In this document: positions 10,671 through 22,261 of the stretch, one piece after another | How the letters are laid out: each line of letters starts with the position of its first letter | Position numbering within the stretch: the first letter of the stretch is position 1 | From: Xylographa opegraphella | Lineage: Eukaryota | Reading direction: 5' to 3' | Assembly: GCA_022813865.1 (NCBI GenBank) | Contig: JALDZX010000034.1 | Location: 186,001-221,307 of the forward strand | Length of the DNA: 35,307 bases | Made by a program: the position numbers and the translations under genes | Notes under the pieces: model-generated | Database searches by the model: none | Seen by the model: only the letters and a program-made list of their open reading frames with translations | Told to the model about the DNA's origin: nothing

Positions 10671-11837
10671 GTGCCTGTCATCCCGTTCCGGCAAGAGTTC
10701 ACAGTACGGGATTCATTTGATATTGGGGCAGACATGAGAACACCGCCCTCTTCCACCCTGCTGGCGGAGGCCCTAACATTCTACTCGGTCCCCGCTTCGT
10801 CCTCTCACCCGAAAGGGCCGGAACACTTGACGAGAGTGGACGCCGTGCTGGGGCAGAATCGGAGCACGGATAGCGGCTTTGCAGAGTCCATACCAGAAGG
10901 GGAAGACTATGTATCGACAGCACGATCAACCAGTACCAAGCAATCGGCGCACTCCACTGCATCGAAGAAGGACCCACCCGAGGACGATACGCTCTGTCGG
11001 CCGTCTTGCAACGCTCCACGATCTACTACCGTGCACCCCCGGGACTCGAGGACAAACAGTGACCCCTCGCAACGTACGTTTGCTCTCGGGCCAACGGCGG
11101 CCTCCCAGGTCTCAGGTCGTCGAACATCTCAAACGCAGGCCTCTGCCACTACACACCCCGAAGCCCCCCAGTCATCTCGCCGATCCTCCTTCAGACATGC
11201 CCCACATCCTGCTGTCGGCTCGAGACCGCGGTCCAGCCGAACAGCTCGGAGGCGTAATACCCTCTCGAGCGGAGCGACCTTGGACGATCCATATCTCACG
11301 CATCAACGAGCGAGACAGGTGTTCCAGTCGTTTGGATCTACTCTAGCCTCTCAACCACCTCGGTATAGCGAGTATCAAGAGCCGTTGATTGGCACTGCAA
11401 TATCCCCGATACCTCTCGCTCGTGCGCACAACGGTGACGGGAATTCGACCATATCACATGGAATCCATAGCGAGCGCGTGATTGCAGGAACGATTTCTGA
11501 TCCACTTGCCTGCACCGTTATCGACTGGACGGCGCCCGCCACTCGTCGCCGTGAGTACGAGAAAATTGACCGGTCCGGCCGTGGGGTACGAGGACTGTGG
11601 CGCAAGGTGACACCACGATGGTGTCGGAGCAGCAGTCGAACACGCTTCTTTGACGGAGACGAGGATGGTGCCGGCAGTGTGAGAAGGTACCGCCTCGACA
11701 TATCCGAAGATGGCGACCCGGAGAAGGAAGGAGGAATTCATGTGAGGGAACGCGAACTTCGACCATCGCTATTCCGGTCCAAGACCACTTGGAGTTGTTT
11801 CAGCTTCGAGGGTGGAAGGAAAAGGCACTTCTCATGA
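10671..11837 (+). CDS. Conserved fungal hypothetical protein (S/R/P-rich, probably disordered, with conserved C-terminal block); start uncertain (first in-frame ATG 10734)
   Basis: 388-codon open frame. The C-terminal motif TVIDWTAPATRRREYEKIDRSGRGVRGLWRKVTPRWC...RFFDGDEDGAGSVRRYRLD resembles a recurring Pezizomycotina family of unknown function (recognised from memory). Confidence 0.7.
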   Translation: MPVIPFRQEFTVRDSFDIGADMRTPPSSTLLAEALTFYSVPASSSHPKGPEHLTRVDAVLGQNRSTDSGFAESIPEGEDYVSTARSTSTKQSAHSTASKKDPPEDDTLCRPSCNAPRSTTVHPRDSRTNSDPSQRTFALGPTAASQVSGRRTSQTQASATTHPEAPQSSRRSSFRHAPHPAVGSRPRSSRTARRRNTLSSGATLDDPYLTHQRARQVFQSFGSTLASQPPRYSEYQEPLIGTAISPIPLARAHNGDGNSTISHGIHSERVIAGTISDPLACTVIDWTAPATRRREYEKIDRSGRGVRGLWRKVTPRWCRSSSRTRFFDGDEDGAGSVRRYRLDISEDGDPEKEGGIHVRERELRPSLFRSKTTWSCFSFEGGRKRHFS

Positions 11838-12931
11838 AAATGGGGTATCCCGCATGGTCGATTGGTACCCACTGGCACAGTGCACGGGAAGTGGGGGGTG
11901 ATGATGAAGGCATGATGCATTTGCTCTATAGACTTGTCGCGATTGATGCCGCGAGCGGTTGTTTGAAGATACCCAAAGTGTGTGGCACATGGCCACATTA
12001 TTGATACTAAGATCGCGACCAATCGGGTTGGGATGAGGCGAGGGACCAGCAACCATGAATTCTAGAAATAGATAAATTTCCTCACACTGATACCTCGTCA
12101 CCCTTTCCACTGTTGTGATACTGCCACTTCTCCCTGCTCCTAGAACTGACGACCATGCTTTGCTAGACCCCTTCAGCCAGTTCAGCGCACGATCTCGAAC
12201 TCGAATTTCAGTCTGGGTTGCGTGTAGCCTCCATGTTTTACTGAGCCATCAATTGGACTCCACTGCACCGCTGACATCCTAGGAAATCGGCGTAGAAGGA
12301 TTCGATACTGATTTAGTAACGGCGGCGCGTTCCTTTTTGGGCCATTCGCGCTATTACCATCACAGCTGTGTAGAAAGCGCAATTGATGATTCGCTGCATG
12401 TTTGTTGTAGCAGAGCGACGAGGCTACGTTTTTGGTTGGGCAGCTCCGAATGAGGATTTGTGGCTGACCGAAGAAGCATAGCGCTTACAGAAACACGTGG
12501 CGAAGTCGAGCGTGGCTTGGTCGGTATCCTTTCTAGCCGTGTATATTCTTGGTCCTTCGACCCATCATCATTATAGCATCTATCGGACTTTCCAGCCTCT
12601 CAAGCTGGGCAAGCGGCCGTTGGGATCTGACGGCTGACACCAACATGGAGCCGCAAGTACGGTTTCTAACCTGGTGACTGTGGTCCGTTGTGAATATGAA
12701 GGTAAGCGGAGCAAGTGACCGAGACACATTGAGCATATAGAAGTGAATCGCATGCCATTCCAGTGACTGTTCTTTCAACCTCTCTACTCATCCCTCTGGA
12801 AACTTTTCCTTTTGTTGTTGGCTCAACGTCCGCGGCTGTCTCATAAATTCACTGTCATTATTCAGGGCTTCGTGACATCCACTTCATTGCTTCAATCCAA
12901 CTCTCCACGCCTGCACCCTTCAGTCCCGTCA

Positions 12932-13976
12932 ATGATGCATTTAGTGACCTGGATGTCTGTTGCCCTCGCCGGCGTCGTTTCTGTTACCGCTGCCCCTGCC
13001 CGCAGACAAGCCGCGCAGATGAATATTTCAACAGAAGTCGTCTCTATCGCTGGCGGTGGCGTGCCAGATGGCCCCCTCCCTTCAGCACTATCCAAGTCTG
13101 CTCTCAACGACATCCAAGTTGCCAACTTCTTGGAAAATCTCGAGTCGGCATTCTTTCAAGCGGCCGTCACGAATATCACTGCTTGGGGCACCACTGGTTT
13201 CCCGGACGACACTCTTGACATCGTCCGACGTGTCGCCGCTGTAAGCAGTTGTGTGTGTGTGTAACACATTCGAGCCCGAGACTGACCTATTGTAGCAAGA
13301 ACAGGTGCATGTCGCCACCTTTGAAGCCATCCTCACACACTTCGATACCCCGGTGATCCCGCCTTGCCAATATCAGTTTCCGGTTACCGACACCGCATCT
13401 TTCCTCAAACTCGCCCAAATTATCACGTCGGTCGGGATCGGCGCCGTCATCAATCTTGCTGCCACGACCTCCGTCACAGATCCCGCCTTGATCCAGAACC
13501 TCGCCTCCACCGTCACAAACGAGGCTCGGCAAGACGCCTTTTTTCGCCAAGCTGCCCTTGGTCTCGTCCCCAACCCGACGCCGCAAGACACCCAGATCAG
13601 TGCCATCTGGGCCCTCAACCTTGCCCTTCCGTTCGTCGTGCCCAACTCCTGCCCCCTGTTTCCCGAGGTACCTCTTTTCCCCGCCATGAACGTTGTCGCA
13701 CCCACGGGCAACTCAACAGGCGATCAGGGAACCATCACCTTCTCCACGACGGCTGGAGTGTTGGGGAACCTATCGATAGCGTGGATCAATCAAGCCAACC
13801 TCCCAGTATATACACCTGTAGCAAGGACTCTGGTGGCCGGGCAGCTCACATCAGTTATTCCCCCGGGTATGGGCGGGATGGCTTTCGCGGCATTGGTTAA
13901 TCAGACCACTGCGAAGGACGTCGCAGCGTTGACGACGATGACACTCGCAGGCCCTGCGACGGTGCAGATTTCGTAA
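12932..13976 (+). CDS. Secreted ferritin-like domain protein (LsdA 'late sexual development'/Rds1-like), ~329 aa
   Basis: Signal peptide MMHLVTWMSVALAGVVSVTA-AP. Exons 12932-13240 and 13296-13976 (intron GTAAGC...CTGAC...TAG). Motifs AGGGVPDGPLP, ANFLENLESAFF, VAAQEQVHVA, IPPCQYQFPV, NEARQDAFFR and C-terminal TLAGPA. Confidence 0.82.
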
Positions 13977-14786
13977 GTGGACCGAGTTGGCTATGCTCGC
14001 TGAATGATGGCCCGAAAGGTTCGTGTGGTTCTATCTGTACAGGGCATGAGGAGCAGGTCCAGGGTCTGGCATGGGGTTTGAGCAGGTTTGCATGCATAGC
14101 GAGGGGGCCTACTTATGACTTGAAGTCTTCTGACTATTCTGGTATTGAAATAATGTAATGATGCGTATTCTTGTTTAACCAGTTTACATCTCCGAGTAGA
14201 CATACATCAGTTAGCTTTATTGGCGGGAAGCACAACTTGAGCTTCGACTCATTGCCACTACTACAACTATGCAACACGCGGCAATCCCAAATGATTGGTG
14301 CATTTCGACCGGTTGCGATGAACAAAAGAGTTCGACATCCAAGCAGAGAGATATGAGCAGACCCTCCCATAGAGCCATATCAAAGCTCGCGTAGTCCTAG
14401 ACTAGACTACTCCGAACTCCCCCCGGTCCATCACCTAGATGATGAACCTTTACCCGCGGCCATCTCACCTTCCCAGTTGAGTCAAGCTGTGCGCTTTGCA
14501 TCTTTGGGCGCAGATCGCTGATCTCATATGGAACTGTCCAACTTAGCCAAGGGCTCTGACCATAGCCTATCGTGATAGACAGCAGCCGTACGTCAGTGGC
14601 CGAATCCATTATCGGCCGCAACGCACGCTACACAGCATGTTGCGGGGAGGATAATGCAGGAGACGGCGATAAAGCCATACGGGTGTGGCATCGCCTTTCC
14701 AAGATGTTGCCCATTCTTTCCCTTGTACATCGTACAAGCTCGAAGACTTGTCAGCTCCAGCCATTGCATGAACTGCACGCGGCACC

Positions 14787-16645
14787 ATGGCCGAGAACAC
14801 ATCGACGCCTCCAGATATGGAGAAGGCGCCCCGGTTAGACAGCATTGGACATCCGCATGAGGCGATCATCAAGCATGCGAACGACGCGGACGAAGCTATG
14901 AAGGCCTACGAAGGCTACGAAGGCGAGAGCCTGGTTTTGGATGAAGCGACAAGCAAGAAGCTGCTCCGCAAGATCGACTGGCATTTGATGCCGGTAAGCG
15001 CCTTTGAATCCCCTATAGGAAGCTATCATTGACCACAACGATAGCTACTCTGCGTCATCTATGGTCTGAACTTTCTGGACAGTAAGTTTGCAGAACAAAG
15101 TGCGGAAATTAGGGTCCGCGACCAACTATTTTACCAGAAACCACTCTCTCGTATGCAAGTATCATGGGTATCAAGAAAGATCTCAACTTGGTCGGTGACG
15201 ACTACCAATGGCTGGGCAGTCTGTTCTATTTTGGTGCGTTGACGAGCATCTGGACGTGCTGCGTATTCCCAACTGACATCCACAAGGCTACATAGCATGG
15301 GAATATCCCACCAATAGATTGTTGCAACGGCTCCCCCTTGCAAAATACTCCTCTTTCTGCATCATCATGTGGGGCCTGGTATTGAGTTGTTTTGCTGCCG
15401 TCACAAACTACCAAGGTGCTGTAGCCATTCGCTTCTTTCTCGGCGTTTTCGAGTCGGCCGTGAGCCCGGGGTTCGCTTTCTTCACTTCCCAGGTCAGTCA
15501 ATTGCTTGCAGGCTGGCCTCTATCTAACAGCTGGTAGTGGTATACGAAGAACGAACAGGGAACCCGAACCGGCATTTGGTTCAGCTTCAATGGTTTCGCA
15601 CAAATCTTTGGTGGATTGGTGGCATATGGCATTTCCACAGGCACGGCTAAAAACGGGTCCTCGATTGCGCCATGGAAGATTGTTTTTCTTTTCACCGGGC
15701 TGTTGACAGCGACTATCGGGGTGATATTTCTATTTGTTATGCCAGATAATCAGCTCAACGCGCGGTGGCTTACCAAGACTGAACGAAGACTCGCCATTGA
15801 ACGCGTGCGTATCAATCAGCAAGGGATTGGGAACAAGAACTTCAAGGCATACCAGCTGAAGGAAGCTCTCACTGATCCCCTTGCCTGGGCGTTTGTGTTT
15901 TACGCCTTGGTGGCTGATATCCCTAACGGCGGCGTCACGGTATGTGATGGTCGCTTGGCACACGCGCCGTTTCTTTGGGCTGACAAGATCTAGAATTTCT
16001 TCAGCCAATTGATCGTTTCCTTCGGCTACACGAGCCAGCAGTCTTTGCTCTATGGGGCTCCTGGTGGGGTTGTGGAGATCGTAACACTCATCGGATGTGG
16101 CTACTTCGGCGACCGGCTGAAGAACAGGATCCTCGTGAGCACGTCTGGACTTATCCTGGCAATCATAGGAACACTTCTCATTGCAGCACTTCCGCTTACG
16201 AATAATGGCGGTCGTCTCGCGGGATACTACTTGTATCAGGGGAGCGCGACCGGTTTCGTTGCCCTCCTCTCCCTCATTTCTACCAACGTGGCTGGATACA
16301 CGAAGAAGACGACGGTGGCAGCAATGTACCTGATCGCGTACTGCGTTGGCAACATCATAGGTATGAAAGTGAGCCATTTCTCGAGACGGCAGATTTTGAC
16401 ATTGTCTTATAGGACCGCAAACGTTCCGTCCGAAGGACGCTCCGCATTACACTCCTGCCATCATCACCATCGTGGTTTGTTTGTGCGCCGCTCTTGCGGA
16501 TCTTGTGTTCATTTGGTGGTATTGCCGTCATCAGAATAAGAAGAAGGCTGCGGCGCGGGCGGACCCTTCGTATACCAAGCTGGAGAACCAGGAATGGCTT
16601 GATTTGACGGATCGGGAGAACCCCGAATTTACATACACCCTGTAG
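14787..16645 (+). CDS. MFS anion:cation symporter, allantoate permease (DAL5-like) family, ~515 aa
   Basis: Exons 14787-14993, 15045-15081, 15138-15233, 15287-15492, 15538-15939, 15994-16360, 16413-16645 (1548 nt). Motifs KKLLRKIDWHLMP, FLDKTTLSYASIMG, RFFLGVFES, NVAGYTKK, GNIIGPQTF and DLTDRENPEFTYTL. Confidence 0.93.
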
Positions 16646-17713
16646 ACGCACGGGTGCCGGGATTGCAATTCGCCCTCATGCCCTGTTCTTCATCGCCATA
16701 TCTTGTATTTCTGGGGGTTTAAACTTCTAGATCATAGTTTTATAAGTATATATATATACATACTGAAGCGCAGCAAGATTGACGCCCACCACATGGCGGC
16801 TTTGTTTGACCATCGATTCATTGGCAATGTCACGAAGTGATAGTATGAGAAGATATGATAAAATACGTCGAACGCAGCTTTTCCAGCATCTAGTTCCCAA
16901 TCACCCACCCCACTACTTGTATCTTACTATACCCATGATTCCTGCATAGGTCGGAGGAGGGAGGGAAAGCATCTCTCGTGCAGAGCATTCAAGATGACGA
17001 GAGTCGCGTTGGTCTCGAGGGCGCTGCCCGAGAACTACAGTAACGGACAAGCCAGCCGGGCGACCCGGGACACATTGACGATATGGCGATGAAATCACCA
17101 GATACGGCCATGCCGTCGAGTTGAACAAAGCGCGGAGCATCTTGAGCAGCCTTCGAGAGTGGGACCGGGGGCCGGCGATGCATGGCACAGCCACGTGGTG
17201 AAGTGTGGCCCAACCCCCAAACGTTCAAACGCACACACCAAGGATGTCCTCCTCCCCTGCATCGGAGCAGAGCCGTAGACGTGACTTCCGAACCATCATC
17301 CATCGTGGTGCCCAGAAGGGGCGTGGGGGACTGCCCGAGACATCCTGTCGAACTCTTGGTGCCCCGAACACTCCCATGTTGGTTTTACACGAATACATCA
17401 ATCTCCGCACTATTTTCCCCTCGGGCGATATATTGGAGCTTGGTCACGTCTGTACGTTCTGAAAGATGCACAAGGCTCGTGGGATAGTTGTATGCGTACC
17501 GCTTGTAGTCACGGTGAGAGGCGAAAATATGCATCAAAGACGAGTATAGCACGCAAAGACAAGGACCGACATTTTTCCCAATGAAATCAATTATGCAAGA
17601 ATCCACATTAATCCTACCGCATGTGGATGCGTCATGGCGGACGGGCAGATGTGGATGAAATATTTTACCATATATTATGGAAAAGGGTATGTTGCAGTGC
17701 ATTTTCAAATCTA

Positions 17714-18878
17714 CTAATCCACAACATCCTTGCCTGTCAAGTTCGGCTGGACCTTCTTTCCATCCAGCCAGTCCTTACATTTTGCGTAGAGGATATCCCT
17801 CTCCGGGCCATGTGAATTGAGGTCCATTTTTGGTGGTTGGGAGATTTTATTCTCGCACCAAGCCAAATAGCGGTAACCACTAGAGCCATGGTTCAGTGTG
17901 CCGAACTTTGGTAGCGGAGCTGGACAATGTGGCAGACTCACGAAGGATATTTTCGCGCCTCTTCTTCAGGAATGGTGAACGTTTTGTCGGGCACTACGGG
18001 CACCATTTTATCCTGCAATCGGAGACGAATAAGATTCTGCTTCATTTCGCAGGAGATTTTATTGAGAGGGGGGTGGGAGTGGGAACGGAGAGTCGTCACC
18101 TTGTCGAATAAGAGAGTGTAGAAACAGACACCCCATCTGCCTACACGCTTCTCGAGCATGAAGAAGAAACGACAGTCGGCTTCATTATCCATTTCTATGC
18201 CATCCAGGGTAAAGCGGCACGTGATAGTCACCTTCATTTTAGAGACCTAGAGAGAATGTTCAGCGATTCGCGGGTTTCGTATCATGGAAAGCGCCTGAAG
18301 TGTACTGCACGATCGCCCTGAACGTCAACCGTTTGACCTGCGTCTCCTTAGTGCACGCTCAAGGATTGAGGAGAATAATGACGCCTAACCAATGATCCTG
18401 TGGAGAACTGCAGTATTTGCTTAGCTGCGAATCTCTATATCCGTACAAGGCATCGCCTGCATACTGTACATGAAGCTGCTCCCTTTTTCGAACCCCTGAT
18501 CTCTTCATGAGCAGGATGTCTACGAACGAGATGGCTCCAGTTCAATCTACCTCTTTCGAAGCCTTGATAAAATCATCAATCGGACCCTGTTTCCAGCTCG
18601 TGGCAATATACGCGTCGTCGTGGAACTGTTCGAGCGATCATGCTTATCAGCAACTGCTTCTTAATGCCTTGAACGACGTTACTTCTTCTACCACTGACCA
18701 TAGACCGATAGTTCCTCCATTCGGCAGCGTCCCTGTAGCAGCCCCAACCCTCGCAGATTTCGCGGACTTTCATGCGGTCCAAGAGTTCGCTATCGCTGCC
18801 ACTTGCATTATTCCGCGTGGCTTTCGCAGGGTAAGTTGAGTCAGGCGGCTGCGTTGTGGGATACAAATCTGCTGGCAT
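17714..18878 (-). CDS. PEP2-like (pea pathogenicity protein 2) SnoaL/NTF2-fold protein, ~239 aa, 8 exons
   Basis: Exons 18878-18699, 18625-18551, 18495-18465, 18407-18390, 18337-18306, 18246-18100, 18012-17942, 17879-17714 (720 nt, continuous frame). Protein reads ...[40 protein letters not shown]...FMYILHRIIGQTVDVQGDRAVSKMKVTITCRF...EADCRFFFMLEK...FDKDKMVPV...YPSGYRYLAW, matching PEP2-family motifs. Confidence 0.85.
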
Positions 18879-19618
18879 CGTAGAAGATTGTGTTTCAAGT
18901 ACTTGAGAGTAACAAATGTAAGCAGATCGGGGAGGCGTGCCAAGGTGTATATATGAGCGAAGCAAGCTCTCCTTGTCGTCATCTCGTCGTAAACTGTTTG
19001 GTGCGTCGGCCGTGGATGAGGTCAACACCAGCGGTCATCCATCCAAGCGCGGATGTTGTTCGTGGAAAGTAGACTGGCTATACGTCATGTTGACCGGCAG
19101 TTCAGGCGGAAATCACAAGCCTACCGAACACCGCGAAAGTGCGACACCCCAGTTCAGATGTGACCTACTGGTAGCTTAGTCGATGCACAGCGTCTCTACA
19201 AAGCAGCAACGATGGTTCGACTGAGCTTGGTTGGAGAGACCCGACCAACAACGCAGCTATTAGATTTAGCTGAGGACGAACGAAGGAATCGAGAACGAAC
19301 AGGAATGCAATTCTTTTTGCGACAAAACAATACCGTTCTGAGTGCGTACTGGCAATAAATCAGATGTCCGGTCCAGCACACTAGCGAATATGTAAACTGG
19401 TAGCACTATCCCCATTATTGGGATAACAGGAATGCGGTTGCCGTTCCACCCGAAGCAACCGGTGCCCGAGTGGTGATATTGGAAGGGTGGGTATCGACGT
19501 ACTGCTTCTCGTCTAAGAGGCGTATAGCCCATCAACACCACAAAGTCTCAAGACTGAACGCCACGAAACGGAAATGCCAATTTTAACAGGTTTTCCAGAA
19601 ATCGATCATGAAAAGAAC

Positions 19619-21743
19619 TCAAGCTCTCATTCCTGTAGATCGGAGCATCAGCTGTCGTCGGTCCTCGGCCTCTCTGACGATTTCGGAAGACAGTCTAAGG
19701 CTCGGCGCCAGGTGCGCATAGCGCTCAATTTCAAGTAGCACTTCGTTGATGATGGCATCCATCTGCTGCGCAGGTGGCAACAATGCAGCTAAAGACGGCA
19801 CCATGGTAGCTCCCATTATAAGCAGCGTTTGTGAGACGATAGATAGGGCACCCTGCCACAAATATGGTAGATGGCCAGCGTGATGAGCGGTAATGTGCTC
19901 AAGCTGCCGTACACAAGCTTCGAGTGCTTTCCGGCAATTTTCCCGAACAGCAGTGTCCATGATTGCATGTTCGTTTTCAAGAACCGCTAAGATATAAGGT
20001 CGGAAAATGATGGTACGACAAGCAAAGTAGCGCAACCTCAGGACTGTCTGGACCGGATTTGACAGAGGTACACGACTGTGCGGGAACTGGAGGGCAATAG
20101 GTAGGCCTTCGTACCACTGGGTAAGTTGGAAGTCCAGCTCGGCGACCAATGGCTCTAGCGAGGCAATCGTAGTCATTGCGCCTTTGGAATAAATCATATG
20201 GCTTACTCGATTCAGGAGCCGCCGCAAGGCAATCTCGGCCAGGAAGTACCAGAGCTCGTCTCGACCGGCAGGCTCGTCATCCTCCTCCTCAAATCCTCCA
20301 GGTAGCCCAACGGTCTCTTCGAACTGCACGATCCCTGAGTGTGGTAGGTCGAGTTCGGCCAGCAAGTCACTCTCGAACAATAAAGCATTCCAGTAAACAC
20401 GCTCACTGAGTTCTTTTGAATGATTGGGAATTCGGCCCCGATCGCTGAGAAGCAACTGCAGCTTCATGCTTGTGCTGCTCAGAAGTGACCAGGCTTCCAA
20501 GGGGCGGACCAGGTAAAACAGGTAAGCAGAAGCGAGGATCAGGCATTGCGATGATAAAGTGGTATTTCTTGTCATCAGAGCAGGAATCAGACCCCAAGCT
20601 GCCGAGAAGTAGGACATGCCTGGTGGCTCTTTATCCCTCGGTACAGAAGATATGCTTCCTGCCAAGCTGGCGCTACCGAGCGCGAGCACAAGCAGAGTGA
20701 TACAGCTTTCGGGTCCCTCGCGAAACCCGTGAGACAGTGCCATGCGATAATAGCTCGCCCAGTTGTATGGGTTCACACAGGCATACCAAACATTGACTCT
20801 CTCAAAGAAAGCTTGAACGTATGCCGCTGTATTCGAAAGATCCAGGCTCAGCGAAGTGCCCAGCTGTAAAGGTTCGCGAGACAGTTCTAGCTGAAGTAGG
20901 TGCTGCGGATCGTACGGTCGAGATACGAGCTCGCGTATGATCGGCCATTGCAGAAGATGCAAGGCTGGTGTGGTGTGTATTTTCGGCATCGTCGAGATAT
21001 TCGTTTGCGAGGCTACCCAAGTTCCCAGTCCAGCAATGGGTATTGAATTGATTGATCTCTCGAGACCGTCGGGATTTCTCGGTATCAGATCCTCGCGACT
21101 GAGCGTTGTCTCGGTGCTAGTGGTGGGCGACTGTGAAGCGAGGTGGATCCCTTTCGTCTGGCTCACCAGGCTCGACTGAAGCAAGCCTTCAATGCGGTTG
21201 AGTCTCTCGAGAATCAGCTTGTCGCCCGCATCGAGCTTGATCCCCGGCTCTCGATAGACACACTCGGCGTTGAGCTCGGTGCACAGCCGGCAGCGCGGCT
21301 TGGCCCCATCGCAACGTGACTTGCGCCCTCTGCATATCTCGCACTGTGTAAGTGATCAGCAATAAGATCCGAGCCCGACGAAGCAAGAACCTGCAGCTTA
21401 CAGCGATGGTCGCACGTCTCCGCGGATAGTCTATCGTGTCTGCGTTGCTTCGCTTTCGCGGATTGCCATCCTGTTCGTGGTCGATTGTTCCATCCATGAG
21501 ATTGTCTTGATCCGCCGACGAGTTCGACATGGCCCTCCTGCGAGGTTTACCCAATATTCCGTCATTGCTGTAAGAATCATCTGGCGACTTCAACGGCAGG
21601 GTAGGTGTCTTCATAGATGCCACAGTCCCGTTGGAGGGTCGGGGAGGAATCGAAATCGAGAATTTCCTACGGGACGCGGCGGGCTTGGGGGCTGAATGAA
21701 CATCCTTGGGCTCTACATTGGTGGGACTTGTGACGGCAGCCAT
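19619..21743 (-). CDS. Zn(II)2Cys6 fungal transcription factor with C-terminal fungal-specific TF domain, ~688 aa
   Basis: Exons 21743-21402 and 21343-19619; intron 21401-21344 (GTAAGC...GCTGAT...CAG). Splicing gives YPRRRATIA-CEICRGRKSRCDGAKPRCRLCTELNAECVY (C-x2-C-x6-C-x6-C-x2-C-x6-C). The C-terminal domain contains ERVYWNALLFESD and YFLAEIALRRLLNR. The frame is open up to 22070 but the first ATG is at 21743. Confidence 0.92.
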
Positions 21744-22195
21744 GGCGTCGAGTGAGGAGGGTGTCGTTGTTGTGGCAGGATCGTGGATGAGCGGGGAGGG
21801 TTCTTGCGCACACTTTATGCCTGCATCCACTGGGTACCTAGCTGATGCTTTCGAAAGACCTGGCGGGTGTGCGGTAGCATTGCTGGCAGGACCCGGTCGC
21901 TGAGAACGGTGGCCAGACAGGTGTACGAGGGTGAACGGGTGGTGGAAAGATACATGGAGGTCGTCGAGACTCGAGAGACGTAGGGGGCAAGTTGCACCCT
22001 CCACCGTAACAGCGGGATCACTTGGAGGTTCGTGTCTCGGGTCTTGCTTGGGTCTTGGGTCTTGACCCACCTTCTAGAGGAGAACTAGAAGGAGCGAGCC
22101 AGGCTCCATGGGAAGCTCTCGTGCCATGACCAGTGAGAGGCCCTGCCCTCCGCATTGCGCTGTCCGGAAGGAGTAAGCTTGGAGATGGCCATGTG

Positions 22196-22261
22196 TGGGG
22201 GGGAAGGGACGGTGGGGGGGGCGGGGGGCGAACGGGGGTTCGAGACGGGGGGTTGGGGGGC
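22196..22261 (+). other. G-run cluster (potential G-quadruplex) upstream of the Zn2Cys6 gene
   Basis: Seven runs of 3 to 8 G within ~66 nt (GGGGGGGAAGGGACGGTGGGGGGGGCGGGGGGCGAACGGGGG...GGGGGGTTGGGGGG). Confidence 0.6.

Noticed and set aside
15730..16377. 215-aa minus-strand ORF
   Set aside because: It is an antisense shadow of the MFS permease exons with no independent motif. The same applies to 26522-27025, 24393-24860 and 5543-6046, which are antisense or alternate-frame shadows of called genes.
16913..17487. Possible gene or pseudogene between the MFS permease and the PEP2-like gene
   Set aside because: The stretch is GC-rich with short ORFs on both strands, but I could not assign any family or splice model. 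A BLASTx search would be needed.
7956..18878. Introner-like elements explaining the high intron density
   Set aside because: The introns are short (45-87 nt) and share no visible sequence similarity or flanking direct repeats.
21744..22070. 109-codon N-terminal extension of the Zn2Cys6 TF
   Set aside because: The ORF-track start is GTG and there is no ATG before 21743. It is treated as 5' UTR, although non-AUG initiation cannot be excluded.
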